A stretch of 32,000 nt of DNA from Candidatus Methylomirabilis oxygeniifera (GCA_000091165.1 FP565575.1:1110001-1142000); one strand, 5' to 3'; shown: positions 7,850-16,032, numbered from the stretch's first letter. Numbers and translations: made by a program. The notes: generated from the letters alone by a model not told the origin.

Positions 7850-10800
7850 CTAAAACGCCACGGTCAACCGAAACAGGACCTGACGTTCTGGTGCTACCGT
7901 CGGACTACGAGGATCTGTATCCTGAAAGTGGAAGCGATTGTCGAACAGGTTTCTCACGTCGAGGGTGAGCAGGCCCCTTCGGTTAGGCAAGCGATAGCCG
8001 ATAGAAGCGTCAACGACCCAGAACCGATCGCTACCGGCCAGGACATCACCTGTAAGCCGATTCTGGAACTCTCCCTCCTGATCGACGTAGGTAGTTTTGA
8101 GCCGCGCCCGGAGGCCTGACGAGTGGAAGAAGCTCAATCCCAATGGAACCCGATGGGTATGGGTCATTGCTATTCCTTCCTCTCCAAACGCCACACGTCG
8201 CCTAAACCGTTCGTACTGATACTCGGCACTGATCGCAAGCCAGGCCCTTGGAGTCCAGTAGAGGTAGGCCCGTCCCAGGTCCTCTTCCCAGTCCCTGTCT
8301 CGATATTTCCCTTCCCCTGGTGCGAAGCCCGGCGCGTCGGTATCCCGCCGCGAAAACTCCGCCCCTCCAAACAGGGCCGTGGAGAGCTTCTGATCGACGG
8401 CAACACCGTACCGCCACGCTTCTGTGCCGTTCACGTCGTCAAAGAACTGATTGAAGCCGGCCACCTGGGTCGGCTCGATCGTTTGATCCGACAGGAGGGA
8501 TCGCTTCAGGACCCTGAAGACAGCGGCCCGCAGGGTTGTATCGGGAAACGGGTTCCAGGTTACCCCGAACTTCGGGTTGAACTGGTTTCGCTCGAGAACA
8601 GAAAGGACCTTTCGATCATCCTTGTTTCGGGTCGTAATCTTGAAGAAATCGGCGCTCCCGCCCAAGGTCCACGTAACATTATGCGGAAAGTTGATCAGGG
8701 AGTAGAGATAAAGATTGGTATGGCGATTATCATCTTCTGTCAGTGCTAAGGGGAATGACAGGAAACTGGTTACGTCCGTACGATCGGCGTCGAAATGACC
8801 GGCCCCGCTGATCAGATGTAATCGTTTCCAACGGAACAAATACTGAATCTCTCCCATGAAGCCGTCCGTGTCCGTCAAGAGGTCAAACCCCTTGACCATG
8901 AAGTTACGGGTGTCAAAATCAGCGTTTCGGTAGATGCCGGATGCGATAAGGTGAGAGTCGGGTGTAAAGGCATGATGAAGACCCAGTCGTATCGATCGGG
9001 TCCGATCATCCTGTTTTTGATCCGGAAAGAAATTGTTCCGATCGAATCGCAGCGGCAGGTCGCCTCGCTCAAAATCCTTGTATCTGAACTCTGCCTGGAC
9101 GCTGGTACTTGGCGAGAGGCTCATCTGGACAAAAGCGTTGTAGATGTCCTGGTTCTGGTCGTTATTTTTTCGGAATCCGTCGGTCTCCTGATGGAACTGG
9201 CCAAGACTATAGGAAACGTTTCCATGGACACCAGAGAGGACCACTTCATCACCAAGTGTGTCCTTTTCTCCAGCGGTTCCCGACGCCAGGAGGCTCACCC
9301 GATCGCGGACAAATAGAGGATTAAACTCATTCAACGAGGGATCTTGCGGCCCGGCACTGTCTAGAATAAAGAGATTGCTTTCCGCCAGTTGCGGCTGCAC
9401 CGGGGTAATGCTGATCGGTTGAAGAAGCTGGGACTGGAGCAGCTCACTCACCCTGGCGACCTCATGGCGAGGTAGGGCAGCATAGGAGTCAGACAGGAAC
9501 CGATGGGCCGAGTAGTTAGATGGATCCTCAATGGCTGCCTTCCATCCTTCAACTAACGCAAGCTGTTGGAATCCCAGCTCATTATACACTCTGGCAAGAG
9601 TCGCGCCCCGCGCCGCGAGATCCTGATCCATCAACAGGCGTGATCGGTAAACCGCACGATTGTCATTCAGCTCGATCGATCGCTGTAGATCCTGCATCGC
9701 CTCTACTGGACGGTTGACGCTTTGCTTGCGAATGGCGTCATAGAGCCATGGGGTGGGATCGTTCGGATCCAGTGTCTTGGCAATCGCCAAGGGATCCATC
9801 TCTAACGGATAACGTTTCACCTCGTAGAGCGCTTTCCCTAGATAGCTCCAGAATAAGGCAACTTTGGGCTCCAGGAGGGTAGCCATCCACATCTCCTGCA
9901 CTGCCTCCTCTGTCTTATTCTGCCTAAAAAGCGCGAGGCCGCGGCCGAGGTGAGGCTCTCCGCGCGTGGAATCCTGCTCAATCGCCTGGCCAAAGGCCGA
10001 GAGCGCTTCCTGGACCTTCCCCTGGGTCAACATGAGGAAGCCCCATGTGCTGGTGATAAGGGGATCGTGGGGTGCCCTTTGACGGGCCTCCTCAACCAGA
10101 CTTAATGCCTCGGAGAGCCTTCCGAGGCCAAAGAGGAGGCGGCTTACCTGGATCATGGCTACAGGGTTGTCCGGCTCCAACTCCAGTGCCTTCCTGGCGG
10201 CCTGAAGCGCTTCCTCCAGACGGAACTCGGCCTGCTTGACCAGGCTCAGGTCGAGATAGGCCGAGGCGGAGGACGGATTGGCGAGGATCGCCTGCAGCGC
10301 CGCTTGCTGCGCTACCCCCTTCTCGTTCCGAACCAGGGCAATATTGGAGCGAAGACCATGAGCCGGCGCGTAGCCTGGATCGAGGGCCACGGCATGCTCT
10401 AACTCCTGGAGCGCCTTGCCCACCCGGCCCTGAATGAGGTAGAGAAGAGCCGTCTGAGTCGGCGGCTGTGGGGAGGATGGGAAACGACTTTTGGCCTCAG
10501 CAACGACCTCTTCCATCTCATCAAAGCGATTAAGTCGATAGAGGGCGTTGGCCTGTCCCATAAGGGCTGAAAGGGTAGGAGGCGTCGCTTGCCGAAACGT
10601 TCTCAAGGCCTCCTCGGTCCTCCCTTCCACCAGGTAGACCCACCCCAGACCTGTGAGCGCCCTCGGGCTCCCCGGATCAAGGGTTAGGGCTTTCTCAAAT
10701 CCTCTTCGTGCCTCGACCGGTTTGCCCAGATCGAAGAGGATCTCGCCCAGCGTGACCGTCGACTCCGAATCCGCCAGTCTCGAAGCCGCCCTTCGTTCGG

Positions 10801-11512
10801 CGTCGACCAACCGTTCCGGGAGAAGATTCGGCGCGACGCCGGTCAGAGGATAATCCCGGAAGCCGACAATCCCGGGGTAGTAAAGGGACCATTGGACCGC
10901 ATCGATGGGCCTCAGGAGGATGGTCTTGCTTGGGGGTTCGCCTACCCTGGCCGTGGCCGCCTCTCCCGCCCTCACCATGACACCCCCCTGAGGATTGCGA
11001 AACTCAACCACCCCCTCGAGTACGGCAAGACGGGATTCATTGCCTGGATCGACCGAGAGGTCAAACTCCGTTCCCCGGATCGTTGCCGTCACCGCCGGCG
11101 TTCGAATCTGCAAGGGCCTGCCGCGACTTCGACTCCAGACCTCTCCCTTCAGCAGGTTGAGGATGGTCTGCATGGGGCCCGCCGCCGCACGGGTCGCGCT
11201 CCCGGGGGGCGACATGACCTCTGTAATCTCCAGGGTGCTGTTGGAATTGACCTTGATCTGTACTTCGTCCGAGAGGAGGATGGCCGCTCGACTTCCCGGA
11301 CCCGTCCTCACCACATCTCCAGGCATGAGGACGTGCCGGAGCGCTACCGGCTGCCACTGCTGGACCCGGAAGATCTCAACCCTTCCCACGACGCTCACAA
11401 TTCTCCCTGCTTCTTGGGCCGTTGCAACACTGATGCTCAACATAAGCCAGACGATCGAGCAGAGGAGGATGGGAAGGACTCCGCGCTGGGTTGGGACTTG
11501 GCGACAATTCAT
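7850..11512 (-). CDS. Secreted FecR-domain + TPR-repeat + C-terminal outer-membrane beta-barrel fusion protein (1220 aa)
   Basis: Signal peptide (LLCSIVWLMLSISVATA/QEAG). FecR-like N-domain (GRIVSVVGRVEI...PGDVVRTGPGSRAAILL...VKVNSNSTLEI). About 450 aa of TPR-like repeats follow (e.g. ALTLDPGSPRAL, ALELEPDNPVA, AIEQDSTRGEPHL). The C-terminal ~450 aa are rich in alternating beta-strand patterns and end in the OMP signature LFRLTVAF. GGGGAGG SD lies 9 nt upstream. Confidence 0.85.
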   Translation of the reverse strand: MNCRQVPTQRGVLPILLCSIVWLMLSISVATAQEAGRIVSVVGRVEIFRVQQWQPVALRHVLMPGDVVRTGPGSRAAILLSDEVQIKVNSNSTLEITEVMSPPGSATRAAAGPMQTILNLLKGEVWSRSRGRPLQIRTPAVTATIRGTEFDLSVDPGNESRLAVLEGVVEFRNPQGGVMVRAGEAATARVGEPPSKTILLRPIDAVQWSLYYPGIVGFRDYPLTGVAPNLLPERLVDAERRAASRLADSESTVTLGEILFDLGKPVEARRGFEKALTLDPGSPRALTGLGWVYLVEGRTEEALRTFRQATPPTLSALMGQANALYRLNRFDEMEEVVAEAKSRFPSSPQPPTQTALLYLIQGRVGKALQELEHAVALDPGYAPAHGLRSNIALVRNEKGVAQQAALQAILANPSSASAYLDLSLVKQAEFRLEEALQAARKALELEPDNPVAMIQVSRLLFGLGRLSEALSLVEEARQRAPHDPLITSTWGFLMLTQGKVQEALSAFGQAIEQDSTRGEPHLGRGLALFRQNKTEEAVQEMWMATLLEPKVALFWSYLGKALYEVKRYPLEMDPLAIAKTLDPNDPTPWLYDAIRKQSVNRPVEAMQDLQRSIELNDNRAVYRSRLLMDQDLAARGATLARVYNELGFQQLALVEGWKAAIEDPSNYSAHRFLSDSYAALPRHEVARVSELLQSQLLQPISITPVQPQLAESNLFILDSAGPQDPSLNEFNPLFVRDRVSLLASGTAGEKDTLGDEVVLSGVHGNVSYSLGQFHQETDGFRKNNDQNQDIYNAFVQMSLSPSTSVQAEFRYKDFERGDLPLRFDRNNFFPDQKQDDRTRSIRLGLHHAFTPDSHLIASGIYRNADFDTRNFMVKGFDLLTDTDGFMGEIQYLFRWKRLHLISGAGHFDADRTDVTSFLSFPLALTEDDNRHTNLYLYSLINFPHNVTWTLGGSADFFKITTRNKDDRKVLSVLERNQFNPKFGVTWNPFPDTTLRAAVFRVLKRSLLSDQTIEPTQVAGFNQFFDDVNGTEAWRYGVAVDQKLSTALFGGAEFSRRDTDAPGFAPGEGKYRDRDWEEDLGRAYLYWTPRAWLAISAEYQYERFRRRVAFGEEGIAMTHTHRVPLGLSFFHSSGLRARLKTTYVDQEGEFQNRLTGDVLAGSDRFWVVDASIGYRLPNRRGLLTLDVRNLFDNRFHFQDTDPRSPTVAPERQVLFRLTVAF

Positions 11513-11667
11513 GCGACGTTACCTCCCCGTGATAACCAGCTTCTTTGACTCACCCTACCTTGAAAGTGACTATCTGAAGTGAGCTGTAATGTCAAGACTA
11601 TAATAAGACCACAAAATACCTGTCTTTGGCTTAATGAAGAAACTGTGCCAACGCTTTACGCTCAGAC

Positions 11668-11937
11668 TCAAAGCAGGGACGCTATTTGGGACTCGTGAGA
11701 AAAGGTTAAAGCGCGTGCGCGCGCGGCTGCCGCCGTGCGCGTCCCCACCCCAAGCTTCTCGAAAATATGCTCCAGGTGCTTTTGTACCGTCCGTGGACTG
11801 GTATCGAGAATCTCTCCAATCTCAGCATTGGTCTTCCCATCGGTTACCCAAGTGAGTACCTCCACCTCCCGGCGCGTCAGACCGAGGCGTTCAGAGAAGA
11901 TGTTGTCGTGAAACCATCTCGTGCTGATCCTGTCCAT
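11668..11937 (-). CDS. Stand-alone LuxR/GerE-type HTH transcriptional regulator (89 aa)
   Basis: LTRREVEVLTWVTDGKTNAEIGEILDTSPRTVQKHLEHIFEKLGV matches the LuxR C-terminal HTH. The ATG at 11937 has a GAGGAGG SD 5 nt upstream. The longer track ORF start at 12003 lacks an SD. Confidence 0.85.
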   Translation of the reverse strand: MDRISTRWFHDNIFSERLGLTRREVEVLTWVTDGKTNAEIGEILDTSPRTVQKHLEHIFEKLGVGTRTAAAARARALTFSHESQIASLL

Positions 11938-12102
11938 AGCTACCTCCTCTGATTCGGTTATCAGGTTTACTCTCGGCACGTGAACCGGGTGCTTGGTCGC
12001 CATTGAACAACTCAGGGCTGCCGCGTCTCAGCATCTTCTGACCGGAGGGTGTAGTCAACGTCGGACTTGACTCGTCGTCAAGTCACGGCAACTGTATCCA
12101 TT

Positions 12103-12119
12103 AACAAGGGACATGCCAA
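12103..12119 (-). promoter_or_regulatory. Sigma54-type promoter, copy 3, upstream of the LuxR-type gene (and possibly the whole sensor operon)
   Basis: Minus strand reads TTGGCATGTCCCTTGTT. It lies 166 nt upstream of the ATG at 11937. Confidence 0.55.
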
Positions 12120-12227
12120 AACGACATCCCCCTTTCAGATTCCTCTATCTCTGCATTTTCATGACGCCTTGTGACTATTTCATTTCCAGAGTGAGGAGGG
12201 GATCAGCCACAAGAGAGCCCTGCAACA

Positions 12228-12264
12228 TGAAACATAATGTTTCACGCGGTTTCACTCTGAAACA
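12228..12264 (-). promoter_or_regulatory. Upstream activator sequence, copy 3
   Basis: Plus strand reads TGAAACATAATGTTTCACGCGGTTTCACTCTGAAACA. It lies 108 nt upstream of promoter copy 3. Confidence 0.6.
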
Positions 12265-12574
12265 TCGGCGCTATAGGGATGTTGATAGCTCATCCGGTGA
12301 ACGCTGACCGTTCCGATCCAACCCGCACAGCCATTACGAGGACGAGTTCTATTTCGGAGTAACCGTAGTGGACGGGTAGGGTGAATTCGGTAAGTGTCGA
12401 GCAACAAGCAAAGAGGGGAGGGAAGCAGACAGCAGGGGTAACGGGCAGAATCCCAGTGGTGTGAGTCGCCCTGTCGGTGTACACACGGAATCTGACAGGC
12501 TTTCATCTGGAGCCACAAGACGTCAGCAGGCGAGCATTACTGGACTATCGGCGGTCTGCCGATCGAGCTGTGAC

Positions 12575-13790
12575 TTAGAACCGCCAGGTGAGCTTGGCCA
12601 AGACGCTGCGCTGGACCTCTGTCGAATTGAAAGGATCTCCGATGCCTATCTTTCCGAACCCCGGATGCCGGTCGTCCAGGAGATTCTGGCCGATCACGCC
12701 CAGATCCAGTGCGCTCGTGGGACGACGGTAGAGGTATTATCCATGGCGTCGATCGTCCCGCGCGTGTCAAAACCCCAGATGATATCGTGAGCCGCGCCCA
12801 AACCGAACCGGGGCTGGACATTGAGGTCGACCGTATCGCGAGCCTCTCGGATAATCTGGCGCCGGTCCGTTCTGTCATAGTAAAACTGTACTCGGAACTC
12901 CGATCCGTCGATCAGGCGCCGCCGCCATCGCGTCAGAATGTTGCCGCCCGCGAAATCGTCTCTGCTGTCACGCGTCGATGCAAAGGGAGGCGCGAGCTGG
13001 GGGGCAGTCGTCGTCTCGTTGAAATTACCCGTGTAGATGTTCTCCATGGATGGTGACCGAATCGCGCGCTGAGGCGTCCCAGTCGATCCGGAAGCCGCCA
13101 CGATACAATTCCCAACTATCGGCGGCATCTCGATCGTTTGCGGTGACGAAGTGGTCGCGATCGAAATACTTCGCATAGGCCCGGTAGTGCGCCGCCTCTG
13201 ACAGCTTCCCGCCGCAACGCAGTCCGACAAACCCCTGTTCCTCATTGCCGATCCCACCTTCAAGGTAGCCGCCCTGGGTCGTGCCGGCGTGCTTGGTAAT
13301 GATATTAATGACACCGTTGATGGCATTGGCACCCCAGAGCGTTCCGCCGGGCCCGCGGATCACCTCGATCCGGTCGATATCCTCCAGTAGGGTATCCTGC
13401 ACATCCCAGAAGGTCCCGGCAAACAGCGGCGTGTAGACGGTCCGGCCGTCGATTAGGACCAGCAGCTTATCTGCGAAAAGGCCGTTGAATCCGCGAGCAG
13501 AGATGGTCCACTTGTTGGCGCTGAACCGTGCGACCTGGATACCAGGCGCCACGCGTAACGCCTCAGGAATGCTGGTGACGCCGGATCGGCGGATCTCCTC
13601 GCCAGTAATAACGTAAGCGGCTGCAGGACTACTCTAGAGCGGTTCTTCCTTGATGAGCGCTGAGATGAGTTCTGCTCTCCGGGCGTATCGCTTGAGCCTC
13701 ACGCCATCTACCCCGCTTCCCGGGCCAGGTTCGGCCCGACATACTACAAGGGTAAGACCAACGGTTAGAACCGGACAGGCTGTCAGAATC
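12575..13790 (-). pseudogene. Degraded TonB-dependent receptor (plug domain, barrel fragments, C-terminal TonB-dependent-receptor signature)
   Basis: The plug is AAAYVITGEEIRRSGVTSIPEALRVAPGIQVAR...IEVIRGPGGTLWGANAINGVINIITK. It is preceded by an in-frame TAG at 13634-13636 and a signal-like stretch with no start codon. The reading frame changes at least twice (ORF fragments 13025..13552, 12694..13332, then a third frame). The third frame ends NLLDDRHPGFG...AKLTWRF* at 12575. Only about 1.2 kb remains. Confidence 0.75.
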
Positions 13791-14022
13791 AGTGCTGAAT
13801 TAACAAATTACAGGCGCCTATCGCGTATCGTTACAAATGAGAGCTGGCGTGCCCACGTCACATGATTCCGAGATGGAGTATCTGACGCAAACCCATGTCA
13901 AGACTATAATGCAGCCCACCAGGCAACAGTCTTGAGTGTTTTTTGTGCGAGGAATCGCGGTCGCACCTTTAGGCGGGAAGAAGTAGAGGCGAGGCGGCTG
14001 TGACATGCGCGGGATATATCGA

Positions 14023-14367
14023 TTATTTCGTGTGCTGCAAGGCCTCGTTAATCTGCGCGAGGAGGTCTCGGAGATGAGAGAGCTCCGCCTCTATGGTTGC
14101 TCGACCGAACGGCTCGTCCCGCAAGATCGCTTCAACCACATCATCGCGTGACATCAAAGGACCGCTCATCACCTGCACCTTGTAGTCGGGACCCACGCGC
14201 TGTCGCTCGATCACCAATCGCTTCAGATGTTCTATGGTTAATCGTTCAAGAGGGTAGATCTCCTCGGCGCGGGAGATGATCTCATCGAACGTGATGAACT
14301 TGTTCCGATGGGGATCATAACATAGGGGCTTCTTACGGTCCGGGCCTTGAATGTTCGGCATTGCCAT
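14023..14367 (-). CDS. Hypothetical 114-aa protein, paralog of the N-terminal domain of the upstream 375-aa protein
   Basis: AGAGGAGAG SD lies upstream of the ATG at 14367. A hand alignment to residues 42-108 of the neighbouring protein is ungapped, with 18 of 67 residues identical. Shared blocks are IER, PD[FY]K, S[KR]DD[IV][IV], FG[KR] and KKPL. Confidence 0.7.
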   Translation of the reverse strand: MAMPNIQGPDRKKPLCYDPHRNKFITFDEIISRAEEIYPLERLTIEHLKRLVIERQRVGPDYKVQVMSGPLMSRDDVVEAILRDEPFGRATIEAELSHLRDLLAQINEALQHTK

Positions 14368-14427
14368 TTGTCGCTCTCCTCTTTTATGCTAGTTGCAAGT
14401 GGTGAACGGATTCGCCTTGCAGAGTAT

Positions 14428-14454
14428 AGCACCGCCCGCCCTGCGGGCGGTGCT
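14428..14454 (-). other. Perfect 12-bp GC-rich hairpin between the 375-aa gene and its small paralog
   Basis: AGCACCGCCCGC-cct-GCGGGCGGTGCT. No U-tract follows on either strand, so it looks more like an intercistronic stabiliser or attenuator than a classic terminator. Confidence 0.4.
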
Positions 14455-14507
14455 ACGTTCGTCCGTTTCCACCCAACCGCGCCTGTCTTGAGTTTTCTGT
14501 AGAGAGT

Positions 14508-15635
14508 TCAGTCTTCGAGTACACCTGCCCCGAGCAGAGCGGTCTCCATCTCGAGTGGTCGGATCGGGAAACAGATCTTGACCCAGCGGTACGGTGTAAT
14601 GGTGGCTGTGGTGGAGCCGTGCAATCTCATGTGGTCTCGATCAAAGGTCAACCATGCGGCTGCCGCGGTGTTCGGCACCTGCGCAATGGCTGCATTGAAT
14701 GCCTGCTGTGCGGCGTTGAATGCCTGCCCGGCAGTCGCTCCCGCCGCCATCTGCAAGTCAAATGTGGCATCCGACTGAAGGAAGAGCAGGAACTCGTTGA
14801 CCGGTGTTGACGAGTTGTCCCACACGAACGTGAAGTTTTCATCGTAGCCGCAGTAGGCCTTCGCACCATTGGTTACAGTATTGGGTCCGAGATCCCGGGC
14901 GGTACGACAACTCAGAAAATGGAGTGTCTTGTCTTTAACCTCAGTAGGATCGTAGTGACTGACTCGGAGGATCGGATCACCGGAATGGCCTGTATACACG
15001 TCATAATTGCCATGGCCGACGCCGCCGATGTACGTTGTCAAGACGTTCTTGGCCACCGGGACAAAGTTTGCTCGCACGTCGTTTGTACCGGTCAGCGCAA
15101 CAACGGTAAAGCCGCGCGTTTGGAATTGGGAATGCACGTTTGCAATGCGCCAGTTTGCTATCGGCGTAGTGACACCGTCGGTGGTGTTCTCGCAGAAAAG
15201 CGCTCGGTTGCTTACACGCAGCCAGATGCAGTGCTTGACCGGCTTCCATGGAGGCGGAATCTTGGTCGGTTTTGAAGGTGCCTGTGGCCATGACGGTTTC
15301 TTACCGTCCATCAGGCTGGTGGCGAGTTCCGAGCAGTAGCCCATCTCGGTCCTGGTGGCCAGCTTACCGAATTCAGTTCCTTTTTTTATGTGATCGATAA
15401 TGTCGTCTTTCGAGTAGACGCCGAGTTGAATAATACCGAGCTTGAAGTCCGGCTCCAGGGAGTAGCGTTCAATGGCGAGCTTGGCCTGTAGTTCCTCGCT
15501 CAATGTGAACAGTGATCCCATGCCCAGTGAAGGTGTTTCCGCAACCTGCTGGACCGTCAGAAACCGCCCCTCCGAAGTAATCAACAGCGGTTTCTTCGCA
15601 GCGAATGGCTTGAACTCCAATTGTCGGATTTTCAT
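14508..15635 (-). CDS. Hypothetical 375-aa protein with a C-terminal putative clan CD (gingipain/C25-like) cysteine peptidase domain
   Basis: The ATG at 15635 is preceded by an AAGGAG SD. The motif TTYIGGVGHGNYDVYTGH is followed, 35 residues after the GHG His, by LHFLSCRTA and then NGAKAYCGY. This matches the strand-HG ... strand-C ... GAxAxxG layout of clan CD peptidases. No signal peptide. The family assignment is inference only. Confidence 0.8.
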   Translation of the reverse strand: MKIRQLEFKPFAAKKPLLITSEGRFLTVQQVAETPSLGMGSLFTLSEELQAKLAIERYSLEPDFKLGIIQLGVYSKDDIIDHIKKGTEFGKLATRTEMGYCSELATSLMDGKKPSWPQAPSKPTKIPPPWKPVKHCIWLRVSNRALFCENTTDGVTTPIANWRIANVHSQFQTRGFTVVALTGTNDVRANFVPVAKNVLTTYIGGVGHGNYDVYTGHSGDPILRVSHYDPTEVKDKTLHFLSCRTARDLGPNTVTNGAKAYCGYDENFTFVWDNSSTPVNEFLLFLQSDATFDLQMAAGATAGQAFNAAQQAFNAAIAQVPNTAAAAWLTFDRDHMRLHGSTTATITPYRWVKICFPIRPLEMETALLGAGVLED

Positions 15636-15871
15636 GTCGTTTCTCCTTTTTGCGACCACCGCCTCTGCAATGAAGAGGCGAGCCGATGGTGGTATGTCGT
15701 TTCTCTTGTCTGCGCGCCTCGCATCCTATGTTATCTTCGGGTGGTTTGGGGGTAGCTGAAACGAGTAGTTTTCATTTGATCAGACTTTTACCCGCTATCT
15801 AAAATGGTTCTCACAGTGCACCACCTCCTTTTGATGAACAACGAATCGAGCATCAGGATAACCAGGTGATT

Positions 15872-15888
15872 AACAAGCCGCGTGCCAA
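15872..15888 (-). promoter_or_regulatory. Sigma54-type promoter, copy 4, upstream of the 375-aa gene
   Basis: Minus strand reads TTGGCACGCGGCTTGTT. It lies 237 nt upstream of the ATG at 15635. Confidence 0.6.
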
Positions 15889-15995
15889 TACAAACGAAAC
15901 ACCGCAGCTTTTCGTAATTCCGCGTTTCTATTGTTCCCGATCGGAGCGCTTCATCGGGGGCAACGGCTGATTCGATGCATCTGGAGAATTCCAGA

Positions 15996-16032
15996 TGAAA
16001 CGCGATGTTCCAAGGGATTCCATTCTGAAACA
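15996..16032 (-). promoter_or_regulatory. Upstream activator sequence, copy 4
   Basis: Plus strand reads TGAAACGCGATGTTCCAAGGGATTCCATTCTGAAACA. It lies 107 nt upstream of promoter copy 4 and is the most diverged copy. Confidence 0.5.

Noticed and set aside
11645-11651. TTGGCAC (minus strand) about 135 nt upstream of the FecR-TPR-barrel gene, as a fifth sigma54 promoter
   Set aside because: The -24 half is good. However, there is no TTGC/TTGT element at the required spacing (the sequence is TTGGCACAGTTTCTTCA), and no 37-nt UAS lies upstream.
12694-13552. ORFs 13025..13552 and 12694..13332 treated as two intact genes
   Set aside because: They are consecutive, overlapping out-of-frame pieces of one TonB-dependent receptor (a plug, then barrel strands). 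I annotated them as a single pseudogene instead.
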